Virus record (IMG/VR): IMGVR_UViG_3300012982_000018
Span: 2,423 to 66,422 of that record
Strand: one strand, 5' to 3'
DNA from: a virus
DNA: 64,000 bases
Shown: in pieces, positions 1 to 9,743 of the stretch
Position numbering within the stretch: the first letter of the stretch is position 1
Layout: each line of letters starts with the position of its first letter
Notes under the pieces: generated by a model
Told to the model about the DNA's origin: nothing
The model's input: the letters and a program-made list of their open reading frames with translations, nothing else
The model's database searches: none
Position numbers and translations under genes: made by a program

Positions 1-62
1 CCGCCAACCCCTGTTTGCGTGTGGCCCGCGTACTCGCTAGGACCTGAATCAACGGATGCCAT
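1..62 (-). CDS. 5' fragment of a gene running off the left edge (MASVDSGPSEYAGHTQTGVG...)
   Basis: ATG at 62-60 just after the stop of the 71..1510 gene; frame open to the edge. Confidence 0.45.
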   Translation of the reverse strand, partial: MASVDSGPSEYAGHTQTGVG

Positions 63-70
63 GCCTTACC

Positions 71-1510
71 TCAAGGAGTAGGAGTTGTTACTCCATCATA
101 TTTACCCACCACCATCGCCGGTGTCGTCGTGCCCAGAAGTGTCGTGATCTTAAGCCACGTTTTCGTATCACTCGTATCGAGTGAACTACCCATCGGCTCG
201 ACGTTGAACCAACGGAGCGCGCCCTTGCGGATCTTCTTTCCCGTCGTATCGCACCACACACGAATTGGTTCGCGTAGGATGGGAGAACTTGCGCCGTCAG
301 GATGATTGGCGACGCGGGCGATATCCGCGCTGTTCGAGAGGATGCCGGCTTGCCCTCCTACACCGATGCCATTTCCATCAATGTTTCCGTACATGCCTCC
401 AGCAACATCCTTGGTTCCGCCGGTGCCGCGCGCGACGTACGCCGTGAATGGCCACGTCACCGAGGTGCCGCCATTCGGGCTCGGAAAGACCGTACTTGTT
501 CCAAGGACGCTCGGAGTCGTGGTCACACCGTACTGCGAATATGTGGCCGAGCCCCAATTGCAGAAGCACACGTACGGGTCTTGATCGCCTTGCTCGGTAT
601 CGTCGACGATGAAGTAGCCGAGCCCGCTGAATGCCCCTTGCGACGCGTTGTTGTCCTGCAGCGCCCAGAATGTCGCGTCGGCTGAACTGCCGGCCGCGCC
701 TGTAGTTGTGGTCGCATCCATCGCAACGATCTGCGCGTTACCAAGGCCTGAGGAGATCGCGAACCACCCCGATGTATTAGTGACAGTTCCAGCTGCGCCG
801 TTGAGTACGGAGGTGTTGAGCCCCTTCACAACAATGCCGAGCGGTGGAAAGTTGTTCCCGCTGTTGAGTACCCCCTTGGCCCCTGGCGCGATAGTCGCCG
901 AACAATCGGCCGAACCCGCGAGCGTCGAGAAGAGCTGCGCGCTCTCTCCCGACTGATCCGCACAGAGGTAATAGATACTACCTTGCGTCGTGTTCGTGTT
1001 CTTCCAGAAGACGAATTGACGCACATAAATCTTTGGTGTCGCAGACGGAGTGAGCGTCGCGCCGCTTGTTGTCCCTGTAACAGTACCGGTTCCGGTCCAC
1101 GTTGTTTTGGCAGAGCGCAACTTTATGACAGCCCAGCCGCTGTTTCCGGCAGCATTGATCACGTAGCCCTGAAATTCCCCATCGCTGCCGTCCAACTGCG
1201 TCACGCGCTCGCCACGAATAAAGGTGCCTGTTGGCGCAGCCCCAATCGACACACGGACTGTGCCCGGCCCCTCGGCGCACCACCACGCATTGACAGTATC
1301 GAGCGCTGACGGATACGCGTCTAGCGAGGGGTCCACGTTGCCGCCCCATTTGTCGTTCGTCGCTGTTCCCGTCGTGTCCTTGTTCGTGCCGTCGCCGCTA
1401 GCCTTGTAGGTCCAACCGGCTTTCTTCATCGCACGCGTCAGTTTCCAGACGACGGAAAACGGATGCGTGGTCGACTGAGGAGTAAAATTAGCGTAACAGA
1501 CGTTTGCCAT
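71..1510 (-). CDS. Gly/Thr/Ala-rich putative virion fibre or baseplate-associated protein
   Basis: 479-aa ORF, beta-rich composition, downstream of baseplate J and the collagen-repeat fibre; locally GC-rich (line 421-480 is 44/60 GC). Confidence 0.6.
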   Translation of the reverse strand: MANVCYANFTPQSTTHPFSVVWKLTRAMKKAGWTYKASGDGTNKDTTGTATNDKWGGNVDPSLDAYPSALDTVNAWWCAEGPGTVRVSIGAAPTGTFIRGERVTQLDGSDGEFQGYVINAAGNSGWAVIKLRSAKTTWTGTGTVTGTTSGATLTPSATPKIYVRQFVFWKNTNTTQGSIYYLCADQSGESAQLFSTLAGSADCSATIAPGAKGVLNSGNNFPPLGIVVKGLNTSVLNGAAGTVTNTSGWFAISSGLGNAQIVAMDATTTTGAAGSSADATFWALQDNNASQGAFSGLGYFIVDDTEQGDQDPYVCFCNWGSATYSQYGVTTTPSVLGTSTVFPSPNGGTSVTWPFTAYVARGTGGTKDVAGGMYGNIDGNGIGVGGQAGILSNSADIARVANHPDGASSPILREPIRVWCDTTGKKIRKGALRWFNVEPMGSSLDTSDTKTWLKITTLLGTTTPAMVVGKYDGVTTPTP

Positions 1511-1521
1511 TTTGTATTAGC

Positions 1522-2691
1522 TTAAGGGGTAAACTCTAGCCACGCGCCGGAACATGTGGCGAAGTCTTGATTATTGTTAGTGGTAAGATACAACAATACG
1601 ACATAAATTCCAGTAGTAACTGTACCTCCCGGCCTAAAAAAAGTTGAGACATCTACTAACTGTTCTTCCACCGTAGTAGCCGTAGAGCCTGTTGTAGTGG
1701 CAACCACTCTAGGTGCCCCGGAGCCCGTTAGTTGGTAGAGCTGCACATAAGCCGCATTCGCTGCGTTAGTGGTTTCAATCAAAGCATGAAATCTAATCGT
1801 GCTGGTGTTTGACAATCCGAATGTCCACGTAGAATCGTATTTTATCCCTCCTACTCTAAGCGGATTAGACGAAGATTGCTGCGTAGAGCGCACATCAGCG
1901 GCCAGCGCCATAATCGTATTTCCAGTCGGGCCGGCAGGCCCGGTAGCGCCGGTTGCTCCAGTGGTGCCCGTATCCCCTTTTAGACCGGTGGGCGAAACTG
2001 TGGCGCTCCCACTGATAACTGTTGTGGGCGAGGCATTGCCCGCATAACCAAGATTGGTCAATGATACATGAGTACCATCAACAATCGAAGCAATACTATA
2101 AGTTCCCCCTCCACCCCCAACGAATAGATTCTCTCCGGCCACCATCCAAGATGTTGTTCCTACTTGAACTGTTACTGTGGAGTTGGCCGCCGGTTGTGTA
2201 TAGGAAGAGGCTGTAGTGGTATAGGCGTTTACCCCATTAGATCCGGCCGAACCTGTAGCCCCAGTCGGGCCCGTTGCGCCTGTTGCCCCAGTATCCCCTT
2301 TTATGCCTCCCGGAGTAATCGAAGCTCCTCCAGAAATTACAGTGCCTGGGCTGGCGTTTACAGAATACCCTAAGTTAGTAAGAACAACATGTGTTCCATC
2401 TGTTACTGAGCTTATGGTGTAATACCAGCCGGAAGTTACATATACATATTGTCCAACTGCCATCCAAGATGTATCTGCAACGGTAGCGCTCACTGTACCG
2501 CTGACAGTAGGCTGAGTGTAGCCCAATGTAGTAGTAGTAAATGCGTTTGCGCCCCCTGCGCCCGTAACCCAAGTGGGGGCCGCTCCTGTACCATTAGTAG
2601 ATAAAACCTGCCCTATCGTCCCTGCAGGGAGTGTAACCCACCTGAGACCATTGAAGTAGAGGATATCTCCTTGTCTGTTGATTACAGGCAT
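1522..2691 (-). CDS. Tail fibre with collagen-like Gly-X-Y segments and a duplicated ~90-aa beta module
   Basis: GIKGDTGATGATGPTGATGSAG and GLKGDTGTTGATGATGPAGPTG; module NAFTTT...SWM...DGTHVVLTNLGY..NASP occurs twice. Confidence 0.75.
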   Translation of the reverse strand: MPVINRQGDILYFNGLRWVTLPAGTIGQVLSTNGTGAAPTWVTGAGGANAFTTTTLGYTQPTVSGTVSATVADTSWMAVGQYVYVTSGWYYTISSVTDGTHVVLTNLGYSVNASPGTVISGGASITPGGIKGDTGATGATGPTGATGSAGSNGVNAYTTTASSYTQPAANSTVTVQVGTTSWMVAGENLFVGGGGGTYSIASIVDGTHVSLTNLGYAGNASPTTVISGSATVSPTGLKGDTGTTGATGATGPAGPTGNTIMALAADVRSTQQSSSNPLRVGGIKYDSTWTFGLSNTSTIRFHALIETTNAANAAYVQLYQLTGSGAPRVVATTTGSTATTVEEQLVDVSTFFRPGGTVTTGIYVVLLYLTTNNNQDFATCSGAWLEFTP

Positions 2692-2699
2692 AAGTACAA

Positions 2700-4937
2700 T
2701 TAGGAGGCGGTCTCAATCGTTATGGTGATATCAGAACCAAGTACATTTTTGGTAATCACTTCACTATCTGAGATAGTAAGGTTCCCGTTAGCGTCTAGCT
2801 TATCTATGAAAGTCCCCGCAATGTCCGGCCGCGTGTAACCCGTTATGGTCACGTTGCAGAAGACTACTCCAGACACCGCCAGTATGATATTGACAATGTC
2901 AGAAACGAATAAAGTAGCTCCAAATTCTCTATCTCTTAGCAGCCCATCGATAGCCGAGGTTACCGAAGCCAGTACAACAGACTGCGCTGCACTCTTTGCC
3001 GCGCCTACACGCACTGTCATAACAGGGCGAATCAAAAAGTTCTTTCCGCTTACAACGAACACCGTCTGAGTCACTTCCTTGCGAGCATCCAAAAAGCGTT
3101 GAAGCGCCTTCATTAGGGAAAGAGAAGGAGCCACATAGAAGCCATTCGAGTCCTTTGCTAGGATGGGTACATTAACAACATTAGCCTTGCAATCAGCAGA
3201 CACAATCTTATTTACATGGTCGTTTATGTTGGTAAGATTTGTATCTATTGTCGTTATTAGTTCCGTGTTTATCGAGCCAGATATCGCCGCCGTCTGCGCA
3301 TATAAGCCCGTAGGTGCTATTCCGCCTGCACCGAGTACAGCCAAGATCGAAGATCGCTGAGTGGCTGCCGCCGTAAGCTGCGTTCCGGATGTCACCAAAT
3401 CCGCACCTATGTCTGCCGATTTAGCGGATATATCCTCTACATTGGTGATGATACTGTCTAGGTTAGCGCTGATAGTGCTTCCGCTGCTGGATACGTTAGC
3501 AACCATTCCAAGGATGTCAGTAACGATATCCAATAGAGAATTTTTGGTGGTGGTTGTCAGTGTATCCAAACCGCCGCTCGCAACCGCCGCCAGGGCTGAT
3601 TGCAATGTAGTGGCTTGGCTTTGGATCAATGTAGCGTTACCTGTAACATCCGCTGTTCTATTCTTCGTGGTCTTGGCTGTGGCCAGAGCCGCAGTCGCGT
3701 CCGAAGCAATCGCCGCAGAATCTGCTGCAATTGCTGTTAGCGTGGAAAGGAGATTCGATGCGGCCGTGGACAGCGTGGCCACAATAGACGTAAATCCGGA
3801 TTCTAGTGTGGATATCGCCCCCGGCGGTGTCGGAATACCTACTACGGTATTGACACAAGCATTAACAGCATCCTGAATCGTAGTCAGATAGGATTGAAGC
3901 TCTAGGTCAGTAGCCGCACTTCTAGCAGAGAGGGCATGCGCGACAGCAACCCTACCAAACAACGGATCCGCGAAAGAACCCGCTAGCGCCATGTAGTCCT
4001 CAGCGGTAATCGCCACCTGACGCGACTTGAATACCTTCCCTGCAAAAGACTTAGCGTGCTCCAAGTCTTCCGGATCGTCTCCGCCCTCCGAAGATAGAGG
4101 ATTAGTAACAGTAAGCGGAATGGTCGTAAATGACACTACCAAGGGAGTGACTTCGCTTTGAATGGTATCTGCGCTTACCTTTCCAGATTTACCTTTACTC
4201 GCAATGTAAGTAACAACAATGCTCGCCCCCGAGGCAGGAATGTTTCCCGCAATGCCATCGCCAAATCGAATAGTAGTGGGGTCGTCGTTGTATCCGACTT
4301 CAAATTGGTCCGTAGTGTCGAACTCTAAGAAATCCGATTCAGTAAACGTTGCCCCAGCTACAGTTACAATAACCGATCCGGAAACGACAAATGAGCCGTC
4401 CGGCACTCTACGCAACTGGAATACTTGATTGGCCGTGCCGTCAGAAGTAAATGTTTCTGAGAAGGTCTCGCCTTGATACACAGGGACAGTTAGAAAGCTG
4501 GCAATGGCCCATCCAGCCGGGAACGTCACGCTCTCTGCCGCCTCAAAGACCAAGTCATCCGTGGGCCCTTTAAACTGGAAGCCCTTCGGGATAGTGACAT
4601 CGAAAGCGTAGGTCGACTGTAAGAACACATTGAGATCTGCAGATGCGGCGGTAGCAGGCCGCATCTTGTATCCCAATTGCCGAGTAAGCTTCGCAACAGA
4701 CTTTCGTGTTCGTGCTGTGGCTAGAAAGTTATCCGTTGCACGACGATCCAAGTAGAAAGAAAGAGTATCCAAACCAAAAGAAATTACATCCAGTAACATA
4801 ATTCCAAGAGAAGAAAGGGAAAAGTCATTGAATGTAGTAGCAAATTGAATTTGCAAGCGACCGAGTAGATCGTCTTCGATCGTCGAGAAATCCAGTCCAG
4901 AGTATTGAACTCTATTTATTGTAGTTATGTCGGACAT
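2700..4937 (-). CDS. Baseplate wedge protein (gp6 / baseplate J-like) with a long helical insertion
   Basis: N-terminal YSGLDFSTI..DL and TARTRKSVAKLTRQLGYK, RFGDGIAGNIP, GGDDPEDLE..K, AITAEDY motifs; follows gp25. Confidence 0.85.
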   Translation of the reverse strand: MSDITTINRVQYSGLDFSTIEDDLLGRLQIQFATTFNDFSLSSLGIMLLDVISFGLDTLSFYLDRRATDNFLATARTRKSVAKLTRQLGYKMRPATAASADLNVFLQSTYAFDVTIPKGFQFKGPTDDLVFEAAESVTFPAGWAIASFLTVPVYQGETFSETFTSDGTANQVFQLRRVPDGSFVVSGSVIVTVAGATFTESDFLEFDTTDQFEVGYNDDPTTIRFGDGIAGNIPASGASIVVTYIASKGKSGKVSADTIQSEVTPLVVSFTTIPLTVTNPLSSEGGDDPEDLEHAKSFAGKVFKSRQVAITAEDYMALAGSFADPLFGRVAVAHALSARSAATDLELQSYLTTIQDAVNACVNTVVGIPTPPGAISTLESGFTSIVATLSTAASNLLSTLTAIAADSAAIASDATAALATAKTTKNRTADVTGNATLIQSQATTLQSALAAVASGGLDTLTTTTKNSLLDIVTDILGMVANVSSSGSTISANLDSIITNVEDISAKSADIGADLVTSGTQLTAAATQRSSILAVLGAGGIAPTGLYAQTAAISGSINTELITTIDTNLTNINDHVNKIVSADCKANVVNVPILAKDSNGFYVAPSLSLMKALQRFLDARKEVTQTVFVVSGKNFLIRPVMTVRVGAAKSAAQSVVLASVTSAIDGLLRDREFGATLFVSDIVNIILAVSGVVFCNVTITGYTRPDIAGTFIDKLDANGNLTISDSEVITKNVLGSDITITIETAS

Positions 4938-4940
4938 GCA

Positions 4941-6527
4941 CTACTTTGTTCCTAGTGTAATGGATACTGAGCTTGTGCTCTTCGTTAGTATGACTACATA
5001 GTTTATTGTTATTGTTAATGTGGAGCCATCCTGGAATAGTTCGGTACGTTGAACTATTATCCTAGGCTCAAACTTGGCCAATGAGTTTCTTATGTCTAGA
5101 TCTAGTAGTTGCGCTGTGAGGTCTGAATTATTTTCAAATACATAAGTCAGAGCATTAGATCCGAAATCGGGGCGCATACAGTTATGTACAAATACTCCAG
5201 CTTCTAAAGCAAAGTTATGCCAATCTTCCACGTGCAGATCGTACACAGGGACACCTGGGGCAGAGAGGCGCTCAATAGAAACAACCTTATGATTTAGTTT
5301 GTTAAGTTCTGGAATGTATTTAAGCATAGTTGCCCATCTAAATACTGTAGTCCCTCCTTTCTTCGCTCCAGGTACTGTTTTGCTCCATGCCGTCCAGCTC
5401 TTTTCGGACAGATCGATGCCAGGATTGGCCGCTAAAAACATAGGAATAAGTGCCAAAGCCCGGTTCCTTTGAGCCTCTCCGGATTGATTGATTTTTTGGA
5501 GTGTCATAGTCGCTGCTGTTACCCGACGTTCTATCACCCTTTCATCCGCAGTGAGCCACCAATTACGGACTCCTTTACGCAAAGAAGAATTTTCTCCTTT
5601 TGCCAGATCTGCTTTGTAACCGCGAAGTAACGCCTCTCTATTTCGTTGTCTTTGACTTTCCATCTCAGGAGCGGTCCAAAATTTTTTACCCATAGCACGA
5701 GACCATATTTTTAGTCTCTGCTTCTCCTTTGGCCTCTTGTTTGTCTTAGTTCTTAGTCTAGAAAGTCTTTCCTTATGCCTTGCGGCGAATTCCGGATCTT
5801 CCCATCGTTTTCGGATCGACGCCTTAGCCTTCGCTCTGGCACTAGGAGTCTGAAGTTTCTCGCTGTTTCCCAATTCTAAATGGAGTTTATGGTGATCCCA
5901 TGGAGTCATAACTTGTAAGTTTCTAGGATCGTTATCCAGCTTATTGAAATTTTTGTGATGTACGGTCATCCCTTTTAGAGGTACGCCGGACGCTGCCGCT
6001 ACCACCCTATGGGTAAATTCCCATGTGTTGTTTGTTTTTACTATCTCATATCCTCTTGGGTTCTTAGTAGAAGATACTAACCTGTACAAGGGCATAAGTG
6101 ATGTACCTTCTTGCATGTGCTGGGCTTCCACGTACGACCCATCACGCTGCAACCACAAGTGCTCAGGAGTGCAGAGAACAGTTTCTCCGTTATCCAGGGT
6201 TACCTTAAGTAATTCATCTGTAGTCCCTGTCCTATACGCCTTTGCTTTTCCTGGAACAACTGTGCCATTGTCAGGATTTATAGAATAAACATAAAATGCC
6301 TCTTTTGTTCCTGCAAGCTCTTCGAGTGCCTTTACTGCTCCGTTTAATAGTGGAACTCTAGTGTCGCCTGAGAAACATCTACTCCCCTTCGGAGTGAGAA
6401 TGATCTGGATGATCGATTGCTGGATGAGTTCTTCATCCGTCGCGCCGGCTGGAAAAGACGTTCCGCTAATACTGAACGGAAACGCGATACCGTAGAAGAG
6501 TGAAGGAGGGGTCAGGGGAGTAGCCAT
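4941..6527 (-). CDS. gp25/GpW-like baseplate wedge subunit containing an intein (129 aa after splicing)
   Basis: Joined exteins read IQQSIIQIILTPKGSR-CMRPDFGS, matching the gp25 T.pGER..rP.FG motif; adjacent to baseplate J. Confidence 0.85.
   Translation of the reverse strand: MATPLTPPSLFYGIAFPFSISGTSFPAGATDEELIQQSIIQIILTPKGSRCFSGDTRVPLLNGAVKALEELAGTKEAFYVYSINPDNGTVVPGKAKAYRTGTTDELLKVTLDNGETVLCTPEHLWLQRDGSYVEAQHMQEGTSLMPLYRLVSSTKNPRGYEIVKTNNTWEFTHRVVAAASGVPLKGMTVHHKNFNKLDNDPRNLQVMTPWDHHKLHLELGNSEKLQTPSARAKAKASIRKRWEDPEFAARHKERLSRLRTKTNKRPKEKQRLKIWSRAMGKKFWTAPEMESQRQRNREALLRGYKADLAKGENSSLRKGVRNWWLTADERVIERRVTAATMTLQKINQSGEAQRNRALALIPMFLAANPGIDLSEKSWTAWSKTVPGAKKGGTTVFRWATMLKYIPELNKLNHKVVSIERLSAPGVPVYDLHVEDWHNFALEAGVFVHNCMRPDFGSNALTYVFENNSDLTAQLLDLDIRNSLAKFEPRIIVQRTELFQDGSTLTITINYVVILTKSTSSVSITLGTK
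5181..6377 (-). mobile_element. Intein in gp25 (399 aa) with an HNH endonuclease
   Basis: Starts CFSGDTRV, block B TPEH, HNH-type VHHKNFNKLDNDPRNL, ends VFVHN, +1 Cys. Confidence 0.92.
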
Positions 6528-6529
6528 GA

Positions 6530-6895
6530 TTAGATAAGATCAAGGGGACACGGTGGCAATGAGGGTAATTCGGGGATCTCTGGAAAGGGGATTGCGATAT
6601 CTAGAGCCGGGAAGGGGAAAGCAAAGGCCGGCAGTGTTGGTAGTTCTATTCCGGGCAGCGGGGGAAGCGCCGGCAACTTAGGAAGTTCGGGAAGCTCTGG
6701 AAAGGGTTTGGAAATGTCTATTGCTGGGAACGGGATAGCAAACGCCGGTATGGATGGAAGTTCTAAGTTAGGAAGAGGAGGCAGGCTTGGAAGTTTTGGA
6801 ATCTCGGGTAGCTGCGGAAATGGGATAGAAAAATCAGGCGCTCCTGGTATTGGAATTAGAAAGGAAGGTAAAGCTGGGAAGTCACATCTGCTCAT
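6530..6895 (-). CDS. Proline-rich protein built from a 39-aa repeat
   Basis: Two full units (SIPFPQLPEIPKLPSLPPLPNLELPSIPAFAIPFPAIDI / SKPFPELPELPKLPALPPLPGIELPTLPAFAFPFPALDI) plus partial units; abuts neighbours in the operon. Confidence 0.7.
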   Translation of the reverse strand: MSRCDFPALPSFLIPIPGAPDFSIPFPQLPEIPKLPSLPPLPNLELPSIPAFAIPFPAIDISKPFPELPELPKLPALPPLPGIELPTLPAFAFPFPALDIAIPFPEIPELPSLPPCPLDLI

Positions 6896-6898
6896 TCG

Positions 6899-7849
6899 TT
6901 AGCCTAGTTTAACCTTTTTCGACAAAAGCGCCGGAGTAGGCAGAGGAACAGGAGGGCCAGAGGGTCCAGAAGAAGTAGTATGAGTATGGCTTTGAAATAG
7001 AGCCAAAAACGGCTCGCCAAGAATACCTGAAAATGTAGCACCATCTCCTAAGAATATTGTACCACCTTTTAGATTTACTCTCTTACCTATTATATTCACA
7101 TCTTTACTAGAAGTAATAGTTATATTGTTAGTTTTGGAATTTATTTCTATGAAATCTCCGCTAGAGTCATTTATAAGTATCCCATTTTCCCTAAGAGTAA
7201 CCCACTGCGCTTTGCCATCAGATTTCTTCAGTACGAATTGCGCCTGATTTAAGTCCGCATCCAATGCAATAAAGGAACTCTTACTATTAAGGATTTGAAT
7301 GCTTCCTTTTGAGTCTATGCTTACAGTCGCGAATTTCCCCTTGGTCATATCAGGACCGGCCGACCGGTCGTTGAGAGAGGGGTCTCCGCCGTCACGTTGG
7401 TGCCATTGAAGGTTGATTCGCTCCTTACCGGGCTCATCTACGAATATGAGTTCATGTCCTCCCCGCGTAACGATACCGCGACGCTCCGGAAAACCGGAAT
7501 CGCTATACTTGAGATCGGAAGGAAGCTCTTTCTTGCCGAAGTAGCCCCCAATGTAAAACTGAGGATTAGAAGGATCTCCTAGCGCGAAAGATACTCTAAC
7601 AGTATCGCCAACTTCCGGAGGAAAAAATGTTCCATGCCCTGATCCAGCATCCATCGCCGGAGGAACCCAAACGTCTGGAGGATTTTTTTCGTTATGACCT
7701 ACTTTGGGGCACGCGAGCTGAATTCGGCCTCTCTGTTCAGGATCCTTATTAGAGGTGACATTGGCCTCATAAAAGCCATAGTAGCGCTGAACCAAATACT
7801 CTAGGCCGTGCATACGGATGGCCTCAATGAGATCGTGTATATCCGCCAT
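6899..7849 (-). CDS. Central baseplate spike (gp5/VgrG/gpV OB-fold type)
   Basis: DPEQRGRIQL, GTFFPPEVGDTVRVSF..GDP..P.YIGG OB-fold motifs; beta-helix-like C-region; terminal HxH (SHTHT). Confidence 0.85.
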   Translation of the reverse strand: MADIHDLIEAIRMHGLEYLVQRYYGFYEANVTSNKDPEQRGRIQLACPKVGHNEKNPPDVWVPPAMDAGSGHGTFFPPEVGDTVRVSFALGDPSNPQFYIGGYFGKKELPSDLKYSDSGFPERRGIVTRGGHELIFVDEPGKERINLQWHQRDGGDPSLNDRSAGPDMTKGKFATVSIDSKGSIQILNSKSSFIALDADLNQAQFVLKKSDGKAQWVTLRENGILINDSSGDFIEINSKTNNITITSSKDVNIIGKRVNLKGGTIFLGDGATFSGILGEPFLALFQSHTHTTSSGPSGPPVPLPTPALLSKKVKLG

Positions 7850-7859
7850 TTTTATCTTC

Positions 7860-9425
7860 TTACTTACCGTTACTTTTTATAAGCGCTTTTCCTATTATAC
7901 CTCTAAGATCTATACTGTCTTCCAAGGCCGCACTACCATGCTTGGCCTCAGGACTGTCCGCTTCGGGTCCGTCCGCTTCTGGATGACGCATCGTTGTATC
8001 GCTATCCCCCGCATCAGGTTGCTGAGTGTTCACCGGACCCAACGAAGACTTATACGCACTTAGTAGCGCTTGAGTATTGCTTACAAGATGCAATTTCGTG
8101 GTGTACCCTGAAGGCGACAATTCGTGTGTTACCGTGTGCACACAATAATTGTCGCCATCAAAACGTATTCCTAATCCTTTTACCGCTACGGTTTGCGAGG
8201 GAATAATATCAGGAATACCTACAGTAACAATATCTAGATGAATGCCCATCGTGTTTGCTATGTTCTGGAATTCAGATTTAGCCTGAGATTCTCCTGTTGA
8301 GGGGTCCACAGGAAAGAATTCGAATCCTGAACCTGTACTCGGATCTGCTCCTGGAGTCGCCTCATTCTCGGCAGGTTCGGCTGGCGCGTCCCCCTTGGAA
8401 TTAACCAGCCCCGTTCGGGATAGTCTGGCAGAATCATCATTTACAATCTTAGTAACAAACTTACGAGTGCTCGGGTCTATGCCACGAAGAATGAGCCCGC
8501 GCATCCCTCCAATAAACATTGCTTTTGTGGGCGAAGAAACAGATAGAATCGGATATGTACCCACAGCCGGACCAAATTGGCCGGATGGGCTGGATTCTTG
8601 ATCGTAAACTTTCAGAGTAATATAGGGTTTTTGCGCGAAGGCCGTACTGACAGGAAATATGAAGCAAGTACCATTAACCTCCTGCATCCAGCAATTGCCC
8701 TCTCGAACTAATTTCCAAATCATGAACCAATCCGACATCCCGCCCTGCGTAACACTCACGGGTTCCTTGAACCAATAGCGAAAGGCGTCCGTCCCTGGAC
8801 GGACCGCGTCAAAGTTAACGTTAAAGAGCCGAGGGGGACGCGGCTTCGCCTCGATTCCCAGAATGGCAGCTTCAAGCTTCGAAACGCCTCCGGGTCCCAA
8901 CGCAAGATCCTCCACGATTTGCGCTCTTGGACGCAGTGTTGTCGGAATATTCGAACTTTGTTCCCCTGCGAATCCTCCGATACCTTGCGCATGTAGCGTA
9001 ATGGATACATCTGTTCCTATGGTTATATCGGGTTGATAAAGTAATCCGTACAGCCTAGGCGACAACACCGATCCTCCAGGCCCCGTCGCATAGCCAAACT
9101 GTACTTCCAGTCCATTGACTCCGTATTCCATTATAGGACTGTTTAGCAAGTCTATAGCTTCTTTGTACGGAGGCGTAAGTGTTGCTGTTATTTTAGGAAA
9201 AAATGCCAACTGCAGCTCTACTGTCAGAGAACTTAGATAGGGCAGAATATCTGTCGTTGTGAGTTGCGCGACAGCTAATGTTGTAGACGACAAGGCGCCC
9301 TCTGCGTACGCTAGAGGAACCCTCGTGGGCGGATCTTTGACGAGGATCGCAGCAGACATAAACGGCGCGAAAAGGTCATAAAGAGGGTGCGTATCGCTCG
9401 GAGGCGGAGAAGAGTGGAACGGCAT
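7860..9425 (-). CDS. Baseplate hub (gp27 / late control D-like)
   Basis: Between X/LysM and spike; C-terminal GIPDIIPSQTVAVKGLG.RFDG.NYCVHTVTHEL..SGYTTKL typical of gpD/gp44-like hubs. Confidence 0.7.
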   Translation of the reverse strand: MPFHSSPPPSDTHPLYDLFAPFMSAAILVKDPPTRVPLAYAEGALSSTTLAVAQLTTTDILPYLSSLTVELQLAFFPKITATLTPPYKEAIDLLNSPIMEYGVNGLEVQFGYATGPGGSVLSPRLYGLLYQPDITIGTDVSITLHAQGIGGFAGEQSSNIPTTLRPRAQIVEDLALGPGGVSKLEAAILGIEAKPRPPRLFNVNFDAVRPGTDAFRYWFKEPVSVTQGGMSDWFMIWKLVREGNCWMQEVNGTCFIFPVSTAFAQKPYITLKVYDQESSPSGQFGPAVGTYPILSVSSPTKAMFIGGMRGLILRGIDPSTRKFVTKIVNDDSARLSRTGLVNSKGDAPAEPAENEATPGADPSTGSGFEFFPVDPSTGESQAKSEFQNIANTMGIHLDIVTVGIPDIIPSQTVAVKGLGIRFDGDNYCVHTVTHELSPSGYTTKLHLVSNTQALLSAYKSSLGPVNTQQPDAGDSDTTMRHPEADGPEADSPEAKHGSAALEDSIDLRGIIGKALIKSNGK

Positions 9426-9736
9426 TATCGGGCCTGATTGAAGAGTTGAGTACGCACATAGCGCGGAGACGGTATGGTGATCTGGTCTCCTACTTTAAAG
9501 TCCGTAGGGATAATTTCCATATCATTCGCGACCGCGATCACCCACCATAGGATCGGGTCTCCATAGTAAGTATAGGCAAGAAGATCTATACGATCTGTAT
9601 CTTTAATCTGATATCTGATATCGTCACCTTGTGGAACGATTGAAGGAAATTCTACAATGTTCCAAAACTCAAACCCATCCACAACCAAAAGATCGGCAAA
9701 CTGCAGTCTACTATTTTTAGATATGCGTACGCTCAT
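9425..9736 (-). CDS. Tail protein X / LysM-like protein
   Basis: DRIDLLAYTYYGDPILWWVIAVAN motif; directly downstream of the tape measure. Confidence 0.8.
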   Translation of the reverse strand: MSVRISKNSRLQFADLLVVDGFEFWNIVEFPSIVPQGDDIRYQIKDTDRIDLLAYTYYGDPILWWVIAVANDMEIIPTDFKVGDQITIPSPRYVRTQLFNQAR

Positions 9737-9743
9737 CTACAAC

